64,000 bases of DNA from Neodothiora populina (Eukaryota). Location of the stretch: assembly GCF_041146345.1 (NCBI RefSeq), contig NW_027191408.1, positions 620,001 to 684,000 on the forward strand, given 5' to 3'. Below are positions 12,125 through 23,593 of the stretch, in pieces. The notes beneath the pieces were generated by a model that saw only the letters and a program-made list of their open reading frames with translations, ran no database searches and was not told the DNA's origin. The position numbers and the translations under genes were made by a program. The first letter of the stretch is position 1. Every line of letters starts with the position of its first letter.

Positions 12125-13459
12125 ATGTCATCCCTCACACAAACACAGCAGAAGGCGCTGCTCTTCGCATCCGCTGCCGCTCTGCGTCTCTTACTGGCCG
12201 CAGCGTTCCCGACCCTGCCCCCTCTCTTGACCGGACGCGTCGAGTTGTCTACGCCTGTGAACAGCTTCAAGAGATTGCAAGAGGGCCTTTTCCTCTACGA
12301 CAATGGCTTGTCCCCATACGATGGAGGTCTCTTCCACCAGGCTCCTCTTCTGCTCCCTCTCTTCTCCCTCTTGCCGGATCCTGCCACATATCCCTTGTTC
12401 ACCATCCTTCTCTACACCATCCTCGACCTTGCCGCTGCCCAGGCCCTGATTGACATCGCCCAGTCTGCTCAAGCATCACTATCTCGCTTCTATTCTTCCC
12501 CTCGAAAACACCTGGCTCTGGCTCCAATCTACGTCGCCGCTGCATATCTGTTCAATCCTTTCACGCTCCTGACCTGTCTGGCCCGACCCACATCCGTCCT
12601 CGGAAATCTTTTCACGTTGCTGGCCATTTCAAAGGCATGCGCCGGCGCGCCTATCACTTCGGCCTTCTCCTTGGCTCTGGCGAGCTACGTGTCTCTGCAC
12701 CCACTGTTGCTGGCACCCCCTCTCACCATCCTCTGCTACGATGTTGTCTCTGCCCGATCCACCGCTCAAAGCTCTGATGAAACCCCTGCCAAACAAACGC
12801 AGTCGCCATCTGCAGCACAAAGGTCGTTGGCAGCCTTCGCTACACGTCAAACCATCACTCTGGCACTCTTCATTGCTCTGCTATTTGTCTTGTCCTTCGT
12901 CCTGACTGGCCAGAGCTGGTCGTTCCTTGCATCCGTGTATGGTACTCGACTTCTCCTCCCTGATCTGACACCAAATGTCGGGCTCTGGTGGTACTTCTTC
13001 ATCGAAATGTTCGACAGTTTCCGCGCCTTCTTCCTCGCCGTCTTCTGGCTGCACATGGCTGCTTACTCGCCCGCTTTGACCATCAGGCTACGACGACAGC
13101 CACTGGCCGCCGTCATGCTACTCATTGGCGTCTTCGCCATCTTCCAGCCCTACGCCAATGTTGGTGATGCCGGCTTGTGGCTATCGGCGCTGACTGTCTT
13201 CGCCCATTTGGCTGATCTGTCGCGTTACCCCTTCCCCGCTCTGTCTGCTCTCCTCTACACCACCTTTCTCGCCCCGGCCTTTTACTACTTGTGGATCTAC
13301 GCCGGGAGCGGCAACGCAAACTTCTTCTATGCCATCACGCTCGTCTGGTCACTAGCTCTGAGCGTGCTTTTAGGCGACTTCTTGTACGCAGTACTGAGAG
13401 ACGAATGGGAGCTGGAACGACCCGAGATGAAAGGCAGACGCGACGTCGCCAGGATATGA
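12125..13459 (+). CDS. GAB1: GPI transamidase subunit PIG-U
   Basis: RVELSTPVNSFKRLQEG...PYDGG, DLTPNVGLWWYFFIEMFDSFR and GSGNANFFYAITL, with many hydrophobic segments. Confidence 0.95.
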   Translation: MSSLTQTQQKALLFASAAALRLLLAAAFPTLPPLLTGRVELSTPVNSFKRLQEGLFLYDNGLSPYDGGLFHQAPLLLPLFSLLPDPATYPLFTILLYTILDLAAAQALIDIAQSAQASLSRFYSSPRKHLALAPIYVAAAYLFNPFTLLTCLARPTSVLGNLFTLLAISKACAGAPITSAFSLALASYVSLHPLLLAPPLTILCYDVVSARSTAQSSDETPAKQTQSPSAAQRSLAAFATRQTITLALFIALLFVLSFVLTGQSWSFLASVYGTRLLLPDLTPNVGLWWYFFIEMFDSFRAFFLAVFWLHMAAYSPALTIRLRRQPLAAVMLLIGVFAIFQPYANVGDAGLWLSALTVFAHLADLSRYPFPALSALLYTTFLAPAFYYLWIYAGSGNANFFYAITLVWSLALSVLLGDFLYAVLRDEWELERPEMKGRRDVARI

Positions 13460-13566
13460 GATGACGAATCCTGACTAGTCGACCGGAAATAGATATTCTA
13501 CCATCAAGCAAGCACTGCTTTTTACTACAATGACATCTGACAAGCCAAACACAACCCTTACGAAGC

Positions 13567-15273
13567 TCAAGGCTCATACGGCGAAACAGCCCGCTTACCA
13601 CTGATGACTTCGGCTTCCCCGTTTTCCTTGACGAGGTAAATGTCTTCGTGTCGCACACCGAAGCGACCTTCGAGGTAGATTCCCGGCTCCGCTGTGAAGG
13701 TCATGCCAGGTCGAAGCAGCGTTTCGTGGTTGCCTTTGTTGAGATACGGAGATTCGTGAGCTGTGCGAGCCAATTAGCACATAGATCCAACAGAACAGGC
13801 ATGCGCGCTTGTGTCGACGAAAATGACGCAAAACGGCGACATGCTGCAAGCATATTTGTTCTCACCTTTGATTCCGATACCATGACCAAGCCTGTGGGTG
13901 AAGGTCCCTTCATAGCCCGCGTCATCGATTACCTTTCGTGCCGCAACATCCACGCTGGCTGCGGTGCTGTTTGGCATAAACATCTTTCCAGCTTCAGTTT
14001 GCGCTTGCAGCACAATATCCCACACCTTGAGCTTCTCGGCATGTAGCTCTGCGGCCTCCTTTGAAGGCGTTGCCGAAGCCACTCCTAGTGCATTCAGTGT
14101 TTTGGTTGTCAACGACTTGGCAGGAGGATCAATGAAGAAGCTGCGGCACACATCCGACGAATATCCCAGATAGTGGTATCCTGCATCGATGAGGATCATC
14201 GTCTCATGAGTCAGGACCTTGCCTCCGGTGGCAAATCCGCCATGAGGCAGCGCCGCATTCTCTTCCGCCAAGACGATGTTGAAAAAGAGGTCGAACCCGA
14301 TACTTTGCATGGTTCGATCGAGAATCTCAATTACCTCGGTCTCTGTCATACCGGGCTGGAGACACGGACGCATGGCGCGGATGCCCTCTATCGTACCAGT
14401 ATTGACCGCTCGGAGCAGCTCGACCTCCGCAGGGGTCTTGGTCTGACGCACAGCTTCGACTTCGCCTCCCAGACCCACGGTTTCAAATCCGTTGGCGTCG
14501 AGACCACGCACCAGAAAGTCACGAATTTCTTCATCGACCATGAGCTTCACATCATCACGTCCAGAGAAAAGCTGCTCTCTGAGCGTGGCGTAGGGATTCC
14601 AGTGTTCTTCCCAGGTGATGATGTCTAGTTCGCCTTGAGAGGGGATGCCCAACATTCGCACTCTACCAGCCTCAAAGGACGGGGCCAGGAAAGACGTCTT
14701 TGCCTTGACATGCCCGGTGGTAGAATTGATTGAAGGCTCTACAATCATGAGGAAAGGACGCTCCTCGGGCTCCCAGGGTTCCTGCAGGCTGGTTAGCACG
14801 CACGCTTCTTTGAAGAGTGGGCAGATCACTTCATACCCAGTCGCGCTGCGAGATGTTTGCATAGTACTGGAAGGTGTACCCCGGCTCTAGAACAAAGCCA
14901 TCGACTCCAGAAACATGCAGAGCGCGAGCTAGGTTGTCACGTCGGCTAAGAAACTCCTCTGCCTCGATCGGTCGAGCATTCTCAAGGAAATAGAGGTTCT
15001 GGTTTAGATTATCGATCGAGCACTGTAGCGCCCGCTCTGAGCGGCTTGCAGGTTGGAAGATGTGGTGTTTCTGTTAAAGATCAATTCATATGTCGTGACT
15101 GTAACATTCCATGGACGACTAACAAAAAGCCATGTGATGTATAGCAATGACCAAGTAGCTGCAATAGCCATACGGACCTTCGAACCCAGTCCAGCTCGAG
15201 GTCCGACATCGGCCCTCGACCACGATGGTCGATAGCCAGAAGCCGACTGCTGCTGCTGCTCTTTCTCACTCAT
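13567..15273 (-). CDS. M24B (Xaa-Pro dipeptidase/aminopeptidase P-like) metallopeptidase with an N-terminal membrane anchor, 4 exons
   Basis: Introns 15071-15123, 14782-14836 and 13761-13865 give one frame. All five metal ligands are present: IDAG, SSDV, HRLGHGIG, AEPG and RHED. Hydrophobic MAIAATWSLLYITWLF lies near the N-terminus. Confidence 0.85.
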
Positions 15274-16152
15274 CGCTGCGTGCTCTGCGCTGTACACCTG
15301 CAATGCAACTCTGTCTGCACAGGGTCAAGGCAAGGTACAATCAGCGACTGAATCAGAAAGGCTTCTAGACCAATAGTGTAGAAGGAAGAGAGGTTTCTTA
15401 TCTACTGTGTACGTTTATCCCACATACCGATAGATCTACTCGGCACTGTTGCATTGGTGCAAAAGGTACGATACGGAGAGTCCCTAGCGGGCAGTCTGAT
15501 CCGGCTATATTAAAATCGCCCTATCAGCTGTACCTTAGTCTGCTTCGAACTACCGACGCGCCCCATCGATCGGCCAACTACTGTACCTACGATTTGGTGT
15601 AGATTTCGAGACTTGATACTTTCTTTGAGAGCATCTTGTTACTTGTGATCGGGCTTGGGATCTGCGGTCATGTGTATCGTAGCACTCGCTCAATTACGAA
15701 TATTGGAATTATATGTACGGTACCTAGGTATAGAGCATGTGCGTCTGAACGGTCTCTGTCCACTCGTCTGCACGATAAGGTGATAGCACGCAGACGGGCT
15801 AGATTCGTAGAGTTAGGCTGATCTCTGATTGCATCTTATATGCTACATGGAAGCAAGAGAAACACAGGACGAACAGGCCGCCTTCTTCAGCATGTTTCGA
15901 TAGGGCAAACTTTCCCGCTAATTTGTTATCGACCGGCGGCGTCACACTGCTCTCCATCTCGCGGTTACCTATCCTCTTAGCTCGACATTGACATGATACC
16001 CACGACTATCGCCGGCAGGTGACATGCGACGGTGGCAATGGTCGAAAAGGCCAATGTTCTACAAAATGGCCTCCTCTCCTTCCAGGTTTCCTTGTGGGAC
16101 ACCCCCGCACTAAGGTCGACATCAACTCAGGAAAGGTGCTAACATAGACACC
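15274..16152. promoter_or_regulatory. Divergent promoter with 8 HGATAR (GATA-factor) sites
   Basis: HGATAR on either strand at about 15398, 15428, 15521, 15773, 15781, 15898, 15926 and 16006. Confidence 0.5.
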
Positions 16153-17679
16153 ATGGCCAGCACTGAGATATATGCTCACCGCGAGCAAGACGATGTCTCG
16201 CAGGATGAATTGACCAAGACCAAGAATGGCACCATGGGTGCGGTCGAGGTCATGGACGTCGACACCGAGAGCGGCGAGGTCAAGCCCACGACGTATTACA
16301 GCAAGTTGTCAGTGATCATGATGCTCGTCTTCTCCGGTCTTGCTATCGGAAGTGATGGCTACAATGCCTCGGTCATTGGAAACCTCGAGTTGCTACTTGC
16401 AATCAGCTATCCGGAAGCATTGACCAGCAACATCCAAACGCGCCTGTCCAACGCTTTCATGGTCGGCATGATCGTGGGAATGCTGGGTTTCGGCGTCATC
16501 GCAGATCAACTCGGTCGTAAGACCGGTGCTGTCGCCACGACGGTTCTCCTTGTGCTAGGTATCGTCCTGTCTGCCGCAGCTCACGGAACTTCGGACACGG
16601 GCATGTTCTGGTGTCTCATCATAGCCAGAGGCATTGCCGGCGTGGGCGCAGGCGGCGAGTACCCAGTCAGCGGCGCGGGTGCGACAGAAGCAACAGACGA
16701 GAACGATGTCATGCGCAGACATCGCGGATTCATGTTCGCCATGTTGGCGGATCTGTCTGCTTCGCTCGGCTACGTCTTCGGGGGCCTCGTGCCTCTATTG
16801 CTCCTTCTGTGCGTCCACGAAAAGGTCGAAAAATACAGCATCGTCTGGCGAACCAGTTTCGCCCTCGGCCTCATCCCTCCCCTCTCCATCTTCTGGTTCC
16901 GCTACCGCATGGCCGTCTCAACATCGTACCGCAAGTCCTCCATGCGCAAACAACGCGTCCCCTACTGGCTCGCACTCAAACGCTACTGGCGACCCCTCAT
17001 CGGCGCGTCCGCGACTTGGTTTTTGTACAACTGGATCAGCATCCCCTTCGGCATCTTCGCCGGGACTATCACCAACCGCGTCAACGCAGGCGACTCGCTA
17101 ATCACCAACCTCGGCTGGGGCGTGCTGATAAACTGCTTCTACATCCCAGGCCCCTTCATCGGCGGCTACCTAAGCGACAAGATCGGGCGCCGCCGCACCA
17201 TGGCACTAGGCTTCATCCTGCAAGCCGCGCTCGGCTTCGTCCTCGGCGGCGCATACAAGCCCATCCAGAACATCTTCCCGCTCTTCGTAGTGCTCTACGG
17301 CATCTTCCTAACGCTTGGGGAGGTCGGCCCCGGCAGCACCGTCGTGCTTGTGTCCTCTGAGTCCTTCCCGACCTCCATCCGCGGCCAGCTCGTCGGGCTC
17401 TGCTCTGCGTTCTCCAAGGCTGGCGCCGCCATAGGCACGCAGGTCTTTACGCCCATTAGCGCCAAGGCAGGCGACCAAGGCACGTTTCTCGTCGGCGCGG
17501 GCTTCGCGGTGCTGGGCGCCGCGATTGCGTTTTTTGTTATTCCTGACACCGAGAGGAACTTGGATAATGAGGACGAGGCGTGGAAGCAGTATTTGGCGGA
17601 TAACGGCTGGGTTGCGGAGTGGGGCGATGAGGAGACGGTTGATCCGGCTTCTGTCGCTGTTACGCGGAAGGGGTCGTAG
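16153..17679 (+). CDS. MFS transporter, GIT1/PHO84-like sugar-porter-related family
   Basis: About 12 TM segments, G..ADQLGRK and GYLSDKIGRRR MFS loops, RGIAGVGAGGEYP and SESFPTSIRG. Single exon. Confidence 0.88.
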   Translation: MASTEIYAHREQDDVSQDELTKTKNGTMGAVEVMDVDTESGEVKPTTYYSKLSVIMMLVFSGLAIGSDGYNASVIGNLELLLAISYPEALTSNIQTRLSNAFMVGMIVGMLGFGVIADQLGRKTGAVATTVLLVLGIVLSAAAHGTSDTGMFWCLIIARGIAGVGAGGEYPVSGAGATEATDENDVMRRHRGFMFAMLADLSASLGYVFGGLVPLLLLLCVHEKVEKYSIVWRTSFALGLIPPLSIFWFRYRMAVSTSYRKSSMRKQRVPYWLALKRYWRPLIGASATWFLYNWISIPFGIFAGTITNRVNAGDSLITNLGWGVLINCFYIPGPFIGGYLSDKIGRRRTMALGFILQAALGFVLGGAYKPIQNIFPLFVVLYGIFLTLGEVGPGSTVVLVSSESFPTSIRGQLVGLCSAFSKAGAAIGTQVFTPISAKAGDQGTFLVGAGFAVLGAAIAFFVIPDTERNLDNEDEAWKQYLADNGWVAEWGDEETVDPASVAVTRKGS

Positions 17680-18098
17680 ATGGGGAAGGAAAGTGGGTTG
17701 CGGTTTTGTTTATAAGATTTGCTCTAGGTGTAGTCAAAGGTGCATGAGCTTTCTTCAGCTTTGTCTTCCCTTGTGTTGACCGGTGCTCCTGCTCGAGGTC
17801 GTGAGTACTTGAGTGTCTTGTACGTTGTTTTCATCGTGAGTCCAATGCGGCGTTCGATTCCCAGAAGTCAAGCATATCTACTTGGATGCAACACGAGTAG
17901 AGTCCCCGGTCGCAACTATATTGATAGTCATCTCTTCTCATACCGAGTCATCATCAGAGAAAGTCATCCATTTGATTATAAGGAAGAAAACCCATCATCA
18001 ACATCATCTATATCTCATGCAAGAAAAGCAATTCCTCGTATGCTGTCTGTTCTGCACGACCGCCCTTGACCAGTCGACAACAGACCGTCCGAAATCTA

Positions 18099-19311
18099 CT
18101 AAAGAACAGCAATCGCACTGCAATAGCTCACGCTACTATCACTGACCCTGGCACACTCGCTACTCCTCTCATACCTCAAGAATCTAAACCTACCCTCGCC
18201 CCCAAGCGCCTCCATAGCAGCCATGACGATACCGATCGGATGACGTCCGCAGACCGTATTCCCTGTCTCCTCGAGCACGGACAGCCATTCGTCATGGTCT
18301 CCGCTTTCGCACGCGCCTATGCACTCGAAGTCGACTTTCTTGATGCTCTCGTGGATCGGTGGGTCTCTGGGCGGTTTGTCGGATGCTTTGAGAGATACTG
18401 CTGAGGCTGTTGACGAAGAGTCGTAGTAGGTGTATCTGAATCGTAGTCCCCAGTGTGCAAAGTCCGAGGATATGACGAAGGCGTTTTCGGGGTCCTTGAG
18501 GTAGGGCGCGAGGAGTTGGCCGAATTGTTTTTCGGCGGAAGCGGATGTGTTGCCTACCATTACCGGGACAAGTTTTGGAAACGCTGCGGGATTGGAGGAG
18601 GTCCTTTGTGGGATTTCTGTTAGTGCTGGGCTGCCCGTTTTGGGTAAAAGTTGGATGGTGTTACTTTGATAGCATCGTGTAGATATACGGCAGATGCATC
18701 TCGAGGCTGTGCTCGTCCTCGTCGGTCTCTTGAGACATCCTTGAGAACTTGCCGGTGTCGAATAGCTGCTGTGTGGTTTCTCTGTCGATTGTGAGATTTC
18801 CGAGAGGGGTTTCGTATTCAGTACATTGAGTTAATGCACAGTTTGTCAGGTAGACATGATGCGAAGGACCCAGTAAGAATACTCGCTTACTGGTCAACAC
18901 CATATGTTAGTCCTCTAGCTTCTGGATCCATGCACTGATATAAACATATTGAACAATCTCCGATCATGGGCCCAAGGGTAGGTAGAAGTCAATCACGCAC
19001 ATTCTAGCAAGATCCCAGGACTTGTAAGCCCAAGCTGCAGCAGGACCAGAGTATGAATATCCGGCATGGCTATACAAGCACGTCTTAGCAACAAGTAGAG
19101 AGGTATGGACATGATCAGACAGAGCTCACGGTGCAATGATCACCCTTGCACCTGGAGTAGGCAACACATCAACACTTTGTCCAGACGACTGAGGTCCTAT
19201 ACATGGGACGGGAGCTTGCACATTGGCGAGCCAGCCATCAAGCTGTGAGGATAGCTGTGACTTTGAAGACGAATACCATGAGCCTGCATGGCTGGCTTCT
19301 CGGACGGTCAT
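18099..19311 (-). CDS. MHO1: MEMO1 family protein, 4 exons
   Basis: [46 protein letters not shown] and NTVCGRHPI. Introns 19070-19129, 18890-19000 and 18604-18664. Confidence 0.92.
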
Positions 19312-19482
19312 ACTGCTGATTTGGTGGCAAGTAGCAAGATAGAGAGAACCTTGGGGTCATGCGACTGCGGTACCTTGATGGACACCAGTTGGGTTGCAAA
19401 GAGGGAGAGATGACGTCGGGAGTGTTTCCGGTTCGCATCAGTCCATCACTGCACGTTAATTCCGGGCTTTGGTCCGGCAGGA

Positions 19483-19515
19483 ACGCGTCCACGCGTGTCC
19501 TTATCTCGGACGCGC
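19483..19515. promoter_or_regulatory. Tandem MCB elements (ACGCGT x2 plus a third ACGCG core) in a 330-bp divergent promoter
   Basis: ACGCGT at 19483-19488 and 19491-19496, ACGCG at 19510. Confidence 0.6.
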
Positions 19516-19640
19516 ATCTGACTGTGAACCACTCTAGCACCTTCACTCTTGTCATAATCGCTACAGTATCACATATTACTCCGCTATCTGTATATGAGTA
19601 TTGTTGGAAATACGCAACGCCGGTCACGCAATCTACCACC

Positions 19641-20317
19641 ATGACCATAAAACGCAAGCGGTCCCTATGCGCCTTCTCCTCCCCTGTTGGTGGCTTCGCA
19701 GCCTCTCTTCCACAAGGCATACCAGAGACGCCTCTACGCCTCCCTCTCTACTTTCCTCAGAGCAAACTGAACGAGGCAACGAGCTCGGAGACTTTTCGAC
19801 ATTGGAAAGTGCAAGATGATGCGGGCGCAGCCCATCTGAACAGTCGGACCCGCAAGAGATATCGCGACAACAGACCCGAGAGCGAGCAAGTCTATGGTAG
19901 GTGATCTTCCACTGGCCAGTAGAGACGAGGGATGCTGATCGTTATGCAGCCACGACGATAACAAAGCTCTTTGGAGCTCAAAAGGAGCATCCCAACGCCT
20001 CACCTATTCAATCACGCGACCAGCCAATTCGACAGCAGCCGCCAGCGCAGTCATCTACCCTACACTACTTCTGGCGTCTTCCTTCCTCGGCCACGACTAG
20101 TCTTCGGCGCAATTCTCCAGACTCTCAGTCTGCCTTTGAACCGAATAGCGCGGCTTGCGAGGACTGCGACGATTCGCTGCGGTCTGCTGATGCCATGGAT
20201 CTGGACGACACCTTGATTCAAGAAGAGACTGCATGCTACACGTGTGGAAAAAATGTATGCGATCTATGTGCCGTTTCTGCAGATCAGCGGAGGTGCCTTA
20301 ACTGCGCTACATGTTGA
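19641..20317 (+). CDS. Uncharacterised protein with a basic NLS-like start and a Cys-rich (putative Zn-binding) C-terminus, 2 exons
   Basis: ATG in a strong CCACCATG context. Intron 19897-19949 (GTAGGT...GCTGAT...CAG) joins two ORFs in frame. The tail carries CxxC...CxxCxxxxCxxC...CxxC. Confidence 0.75.
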
Positions 20318-22438
20318 GTGTGAAGTATACGAAGACATGCGCAGGGTTGCACATGTCAATTATCAATTCTACGTATGCCTCGCGCCCTAGACACCTCGAG
20401 CCCCGCAGGCACCTCTTACTGCATCCAAGCCGTTCTACAATCGGAAGGGAGCGTATGAACATGTCTGATAGACCTCAAATCTCCACAGAGTTCCTGTAGA
20501 GATGTTTAGCTTCGAGGTTGAGCTGTAAGACAGCCATGACTTATAGACCAGCTCTCGCCATGCTCCGGCAGTCTTGACCCTCGGGGCAACACTCGGGGCA
20601 ACAGCAAGATGATCACCGTAGCAAGAGGTTGCTGGCGGAAAGGCCCTATCATGAAGACTACAATCCTGTCTTTGCGCCAACGAAACAATTACGGCAGGAC
20701 TATCACCAACCAAGTGTACGGATAACGTTCAGAAGTTGATTCGGTTCCTCCGACACATCAAAAATGGTGGCACTCGTGTCGAGATGAAACTATGTCACAA
20801 TCATGGTCAAAATACTTCCGCGACAACTCGATCATTCTGGACCAGATAGACCATAGAAGCCTGGAAAGGCTGAATGGTGGTGGCATCAGGCGAAATAAAG
20901 TCACGACTTTGTCGCCAAAGTGGATAGAAGGAAGAGAGCTCCGGCGGGCTATCAACTCGAGATCTATGTTCCGGTACCGGAACAAGCGCTCCTTACAAGT
21001 ATGGCGCATCTTCTTCGAGGATGACTCAAAAACGCTATGCGACATCCGAGGTAGATGGCAAAGGAACAAACGTCTATCGCGTTGTAGCTCCTCGCATTCA
21101 GAATTAATTTGCACTATCTATGTCATGGCCGGTAGACATTTTTGCATCAAACCCATGAAATTGTCTCAATCGATACCGTACCTACCTCGCGGAGTCTGCA
21201 TAAGCCTCGGCACACCTCCCATACAGCGATGAATCACTGTCTCGTCACTCGGCCTTTGTCATCGAAAAGAAAACGTGGTCGGTGAAGAAACGGAAGGGCT
21301 AGAAAGCACGCGGGCGATCACCTGCTGCGCGGTTCTCAGGGAGCGCTTCGCTAACTCGTCCAGAAACAAAAGACCAAACCGTTTCTAGAAGACGTCTTGG
21401 TTTGTTCGTGATCACATGTCTGGGTCCGAGTACGTGGGGCAAGAGCCAGGGTCCAGGTTTCAGCTATGGGATTGGGTCGGATTCGGTTTCCTTTCAGGGT
21501 CCAGAGGTTTTTTTCCGGGCTCGGAGGTCTTCAGGGTCTTGCTGCGCACACGCCCACTTTGGTAGATCTTAATGAGGGGAAGGGAAGTGAATTCACGACG
21601 CAACAACTTCCTTTCAAGTTCGGCAGTGAGGATTAGGGATAGTGTTGAGGCTGCTAACACAAGGCAGCGAGGGTAAATGATGGTAGACACACTGTGTTAA
21701 TTCCACAAATGGCCCAGAGCAGAGACTTACCTACCGGTGTTCCAGCGAAGCACATGGCTACCGATGCACCCGACACTTATCTAGATCCGGTCATGGCGGA
21801 CGATACAGAAAATCATGCAGGGTCCACACGCAAACGGTCCCACATCAAGGTGCCTAACGTATCTTTCTTCTTTCTCTCCACGGCATTATCTGCCAGAACA
21901 AATCCCTTTTCTCCGATACCTTCGTCCCAAAGTACCGACCGAGGATACTACGTGCACACGTATCTGGGTTAGTCTCACACGTTCCTGGATTGGGCCCCCG
22001 TGATGTGCGACCGGAAAGGAATGGTGGTTCTTTTTCGGGTTTGGTGTTCGGACCGCATCCGGGCCATGAAGCCGTCTTAGAAGATGATGGGTGACGACCC
22101 CTCGCACTCTCCCTCTCCCTCGAGTCCAGTATTGCCGAGAGCGGTGCGCCTCGACGATGAGTCTAAAAGATATGGTAATAAGCGTTTGGTGGTGTTAGTG
22201 CGAGGTAGATAAATACAGCAGCATGTCCGGGAACATGTGAGATGGGTTTATCTCTCTTTCGGCACCCCCGGTCATCTACCCACCCACCGATCTATCTTAG
22301 ACATTACTCTGCCGTATACACCCATTGACTCTGCGCCTCTCTCTCGCATCGTAATCACAGCAGGCCCTGTGTACCCTTCGTCATCTATAGTCACTGCCTG
22401 CTCCTGGGAGAGTTCATATACAGCATATTCTTATAAAC

Positions 22439-23374
22439 ATGTCAACGACCACGACCACGACCACAACGACGCCGCGAGCCAGACCACGCGCTATCAAGCG
22501 TCCAGTCGCACAGCGCAACGATAGTACCCTAGAAGTGCATGACAAGTCTACGAGCAAACGCCGACCAAAAGTCATTGCTACTGCTGCCGCTACCGAAGAA
22601 GCCATAGAGGCGAAGAAGACAACGACAACACCAAAGGCACAACTGCAATCGAGACTGTTCCGCCTACCCTACGAGCTACGCCTGATGATATACGAATTCG
22701 CCCTCCCCACCGCCGCCGTGTCATGCCCTCCTCCTCTTCGTGCCACTAGCCCCTCTACAACCCCAACATCGAGTACCACCCAACGCACCACGACGACGAC
22801 CTCAACCCCTCAAGACCTCGAAAGCGCAATCGAGCACCACGACGACGCCTCTGGCGCAGAGCCCGCCTTCCTGCGCACATGCCACCTCGCGCGCACCGAA
22901 GGCCTGCCCATTTTCTACCGCGACAACGACTTCCTGCTGAACCGGCGGCCGTCGCTGGACTTCCAGCACCCGCTGCTGATAAGCATGAACCCCTCGCTGC
23001 TGAGCACGACGCGGAAGACGAAAAAGACGTCTGGATCAAGATGGCTCTACTCGATGAGCAGCGCGAGTATCTCGCGCATCAGGACCGTCGTCTTCGCGCA
23101 GGTCGGCAGAGGCATGTATAAAGACGAGCGCAACGGGTGGAGACGCGACGCCAGCGCGTGTTTCCGCGTGCGCTTCCTGAGTCCCGGCGACAGTCGGCGC
23201 GTGAATAGGGACTATGAAGTGCAGTATTTGAGAATCGATCCGAGCGGGCGGAGTGAGAGGTATGCGGAGAGGTTGGTCAAGGCGCTCGAGACGCGCATGG
23301 AGCAGTTGGCCGGGAACAAGGGGGTCAGGGCGTGGACTAGAGAGGATATTTGGGATTTGGCGTATTTGTTATAG
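22439..23374 (+). CDS. Uncharacterised protein with an F-box-like LPxELR motif
   Basis: 311-aa ORF with coding-like C-rich third positions. SRLFRLPYELRLMIYEFAL and PAFLRTC...EGLPIFYRDNDF are typical of an expanded fungal family. Starts with poly-Thr. Confidence 0.72.
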   Translation: MSTTTTTTTTTPRARPRAIKRPVAQRNDSTLEVHDKSTSKRRPKVIATAAATEEAIEAKKTTTTPKAQLQSRLFRLPYELRLMIYEFALPTAAVSCPPPLRATSPSTTPTSSTTQRTTTTTSTPQDLESAIEHHDDASGAEPAFLRTCHLARTEGLPIFYRDNDFLLNRRPSLDFQHPLLISMNPSLLSTTRKTKKTSGSRWLYSMSSASISRIRTVVFAQVGRGMYKDERNGWRRDASACFRVRFLSPGDSRRVNRDYEVQYLRIDPSGRSERYAERLVKALETRMEQLAGNKGVRAWTREDIWDLAYLL

Positions 23375-23593
23375 CGGGAGTTCTACTTTTATAGATTGAG
23401 ATTAGCAGGAGTTGGATTGTTTTATCACCCATTCGTATAGATATTATTCTGCTTCTTCGTTCATTACTTTTGGGGACTAAGATTAGACAAGACAGATGGA
23501 AAAAGGGACCGAGGTCTTTGGCTTTCTCTGGCGATAATGGTGCATTCATGATCACTTTTTTCTCTTTCAGTTGTGTATTACGTGGTAGCAGTA

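Noticed and set aside
17845..17870. GTTCGATTCC, resembling a tRNA T-loop/B-box
   Set aside because: The flanks do not pair into a T-stem, and no acceptor stem or D-arm can be built.
20792..21232. 146-aa plus-strand ORF
   Set aside because: No recognisable motif or codon bias, and a similar-length ORF overlaps it on the other strand. I cannot support it as a gene.
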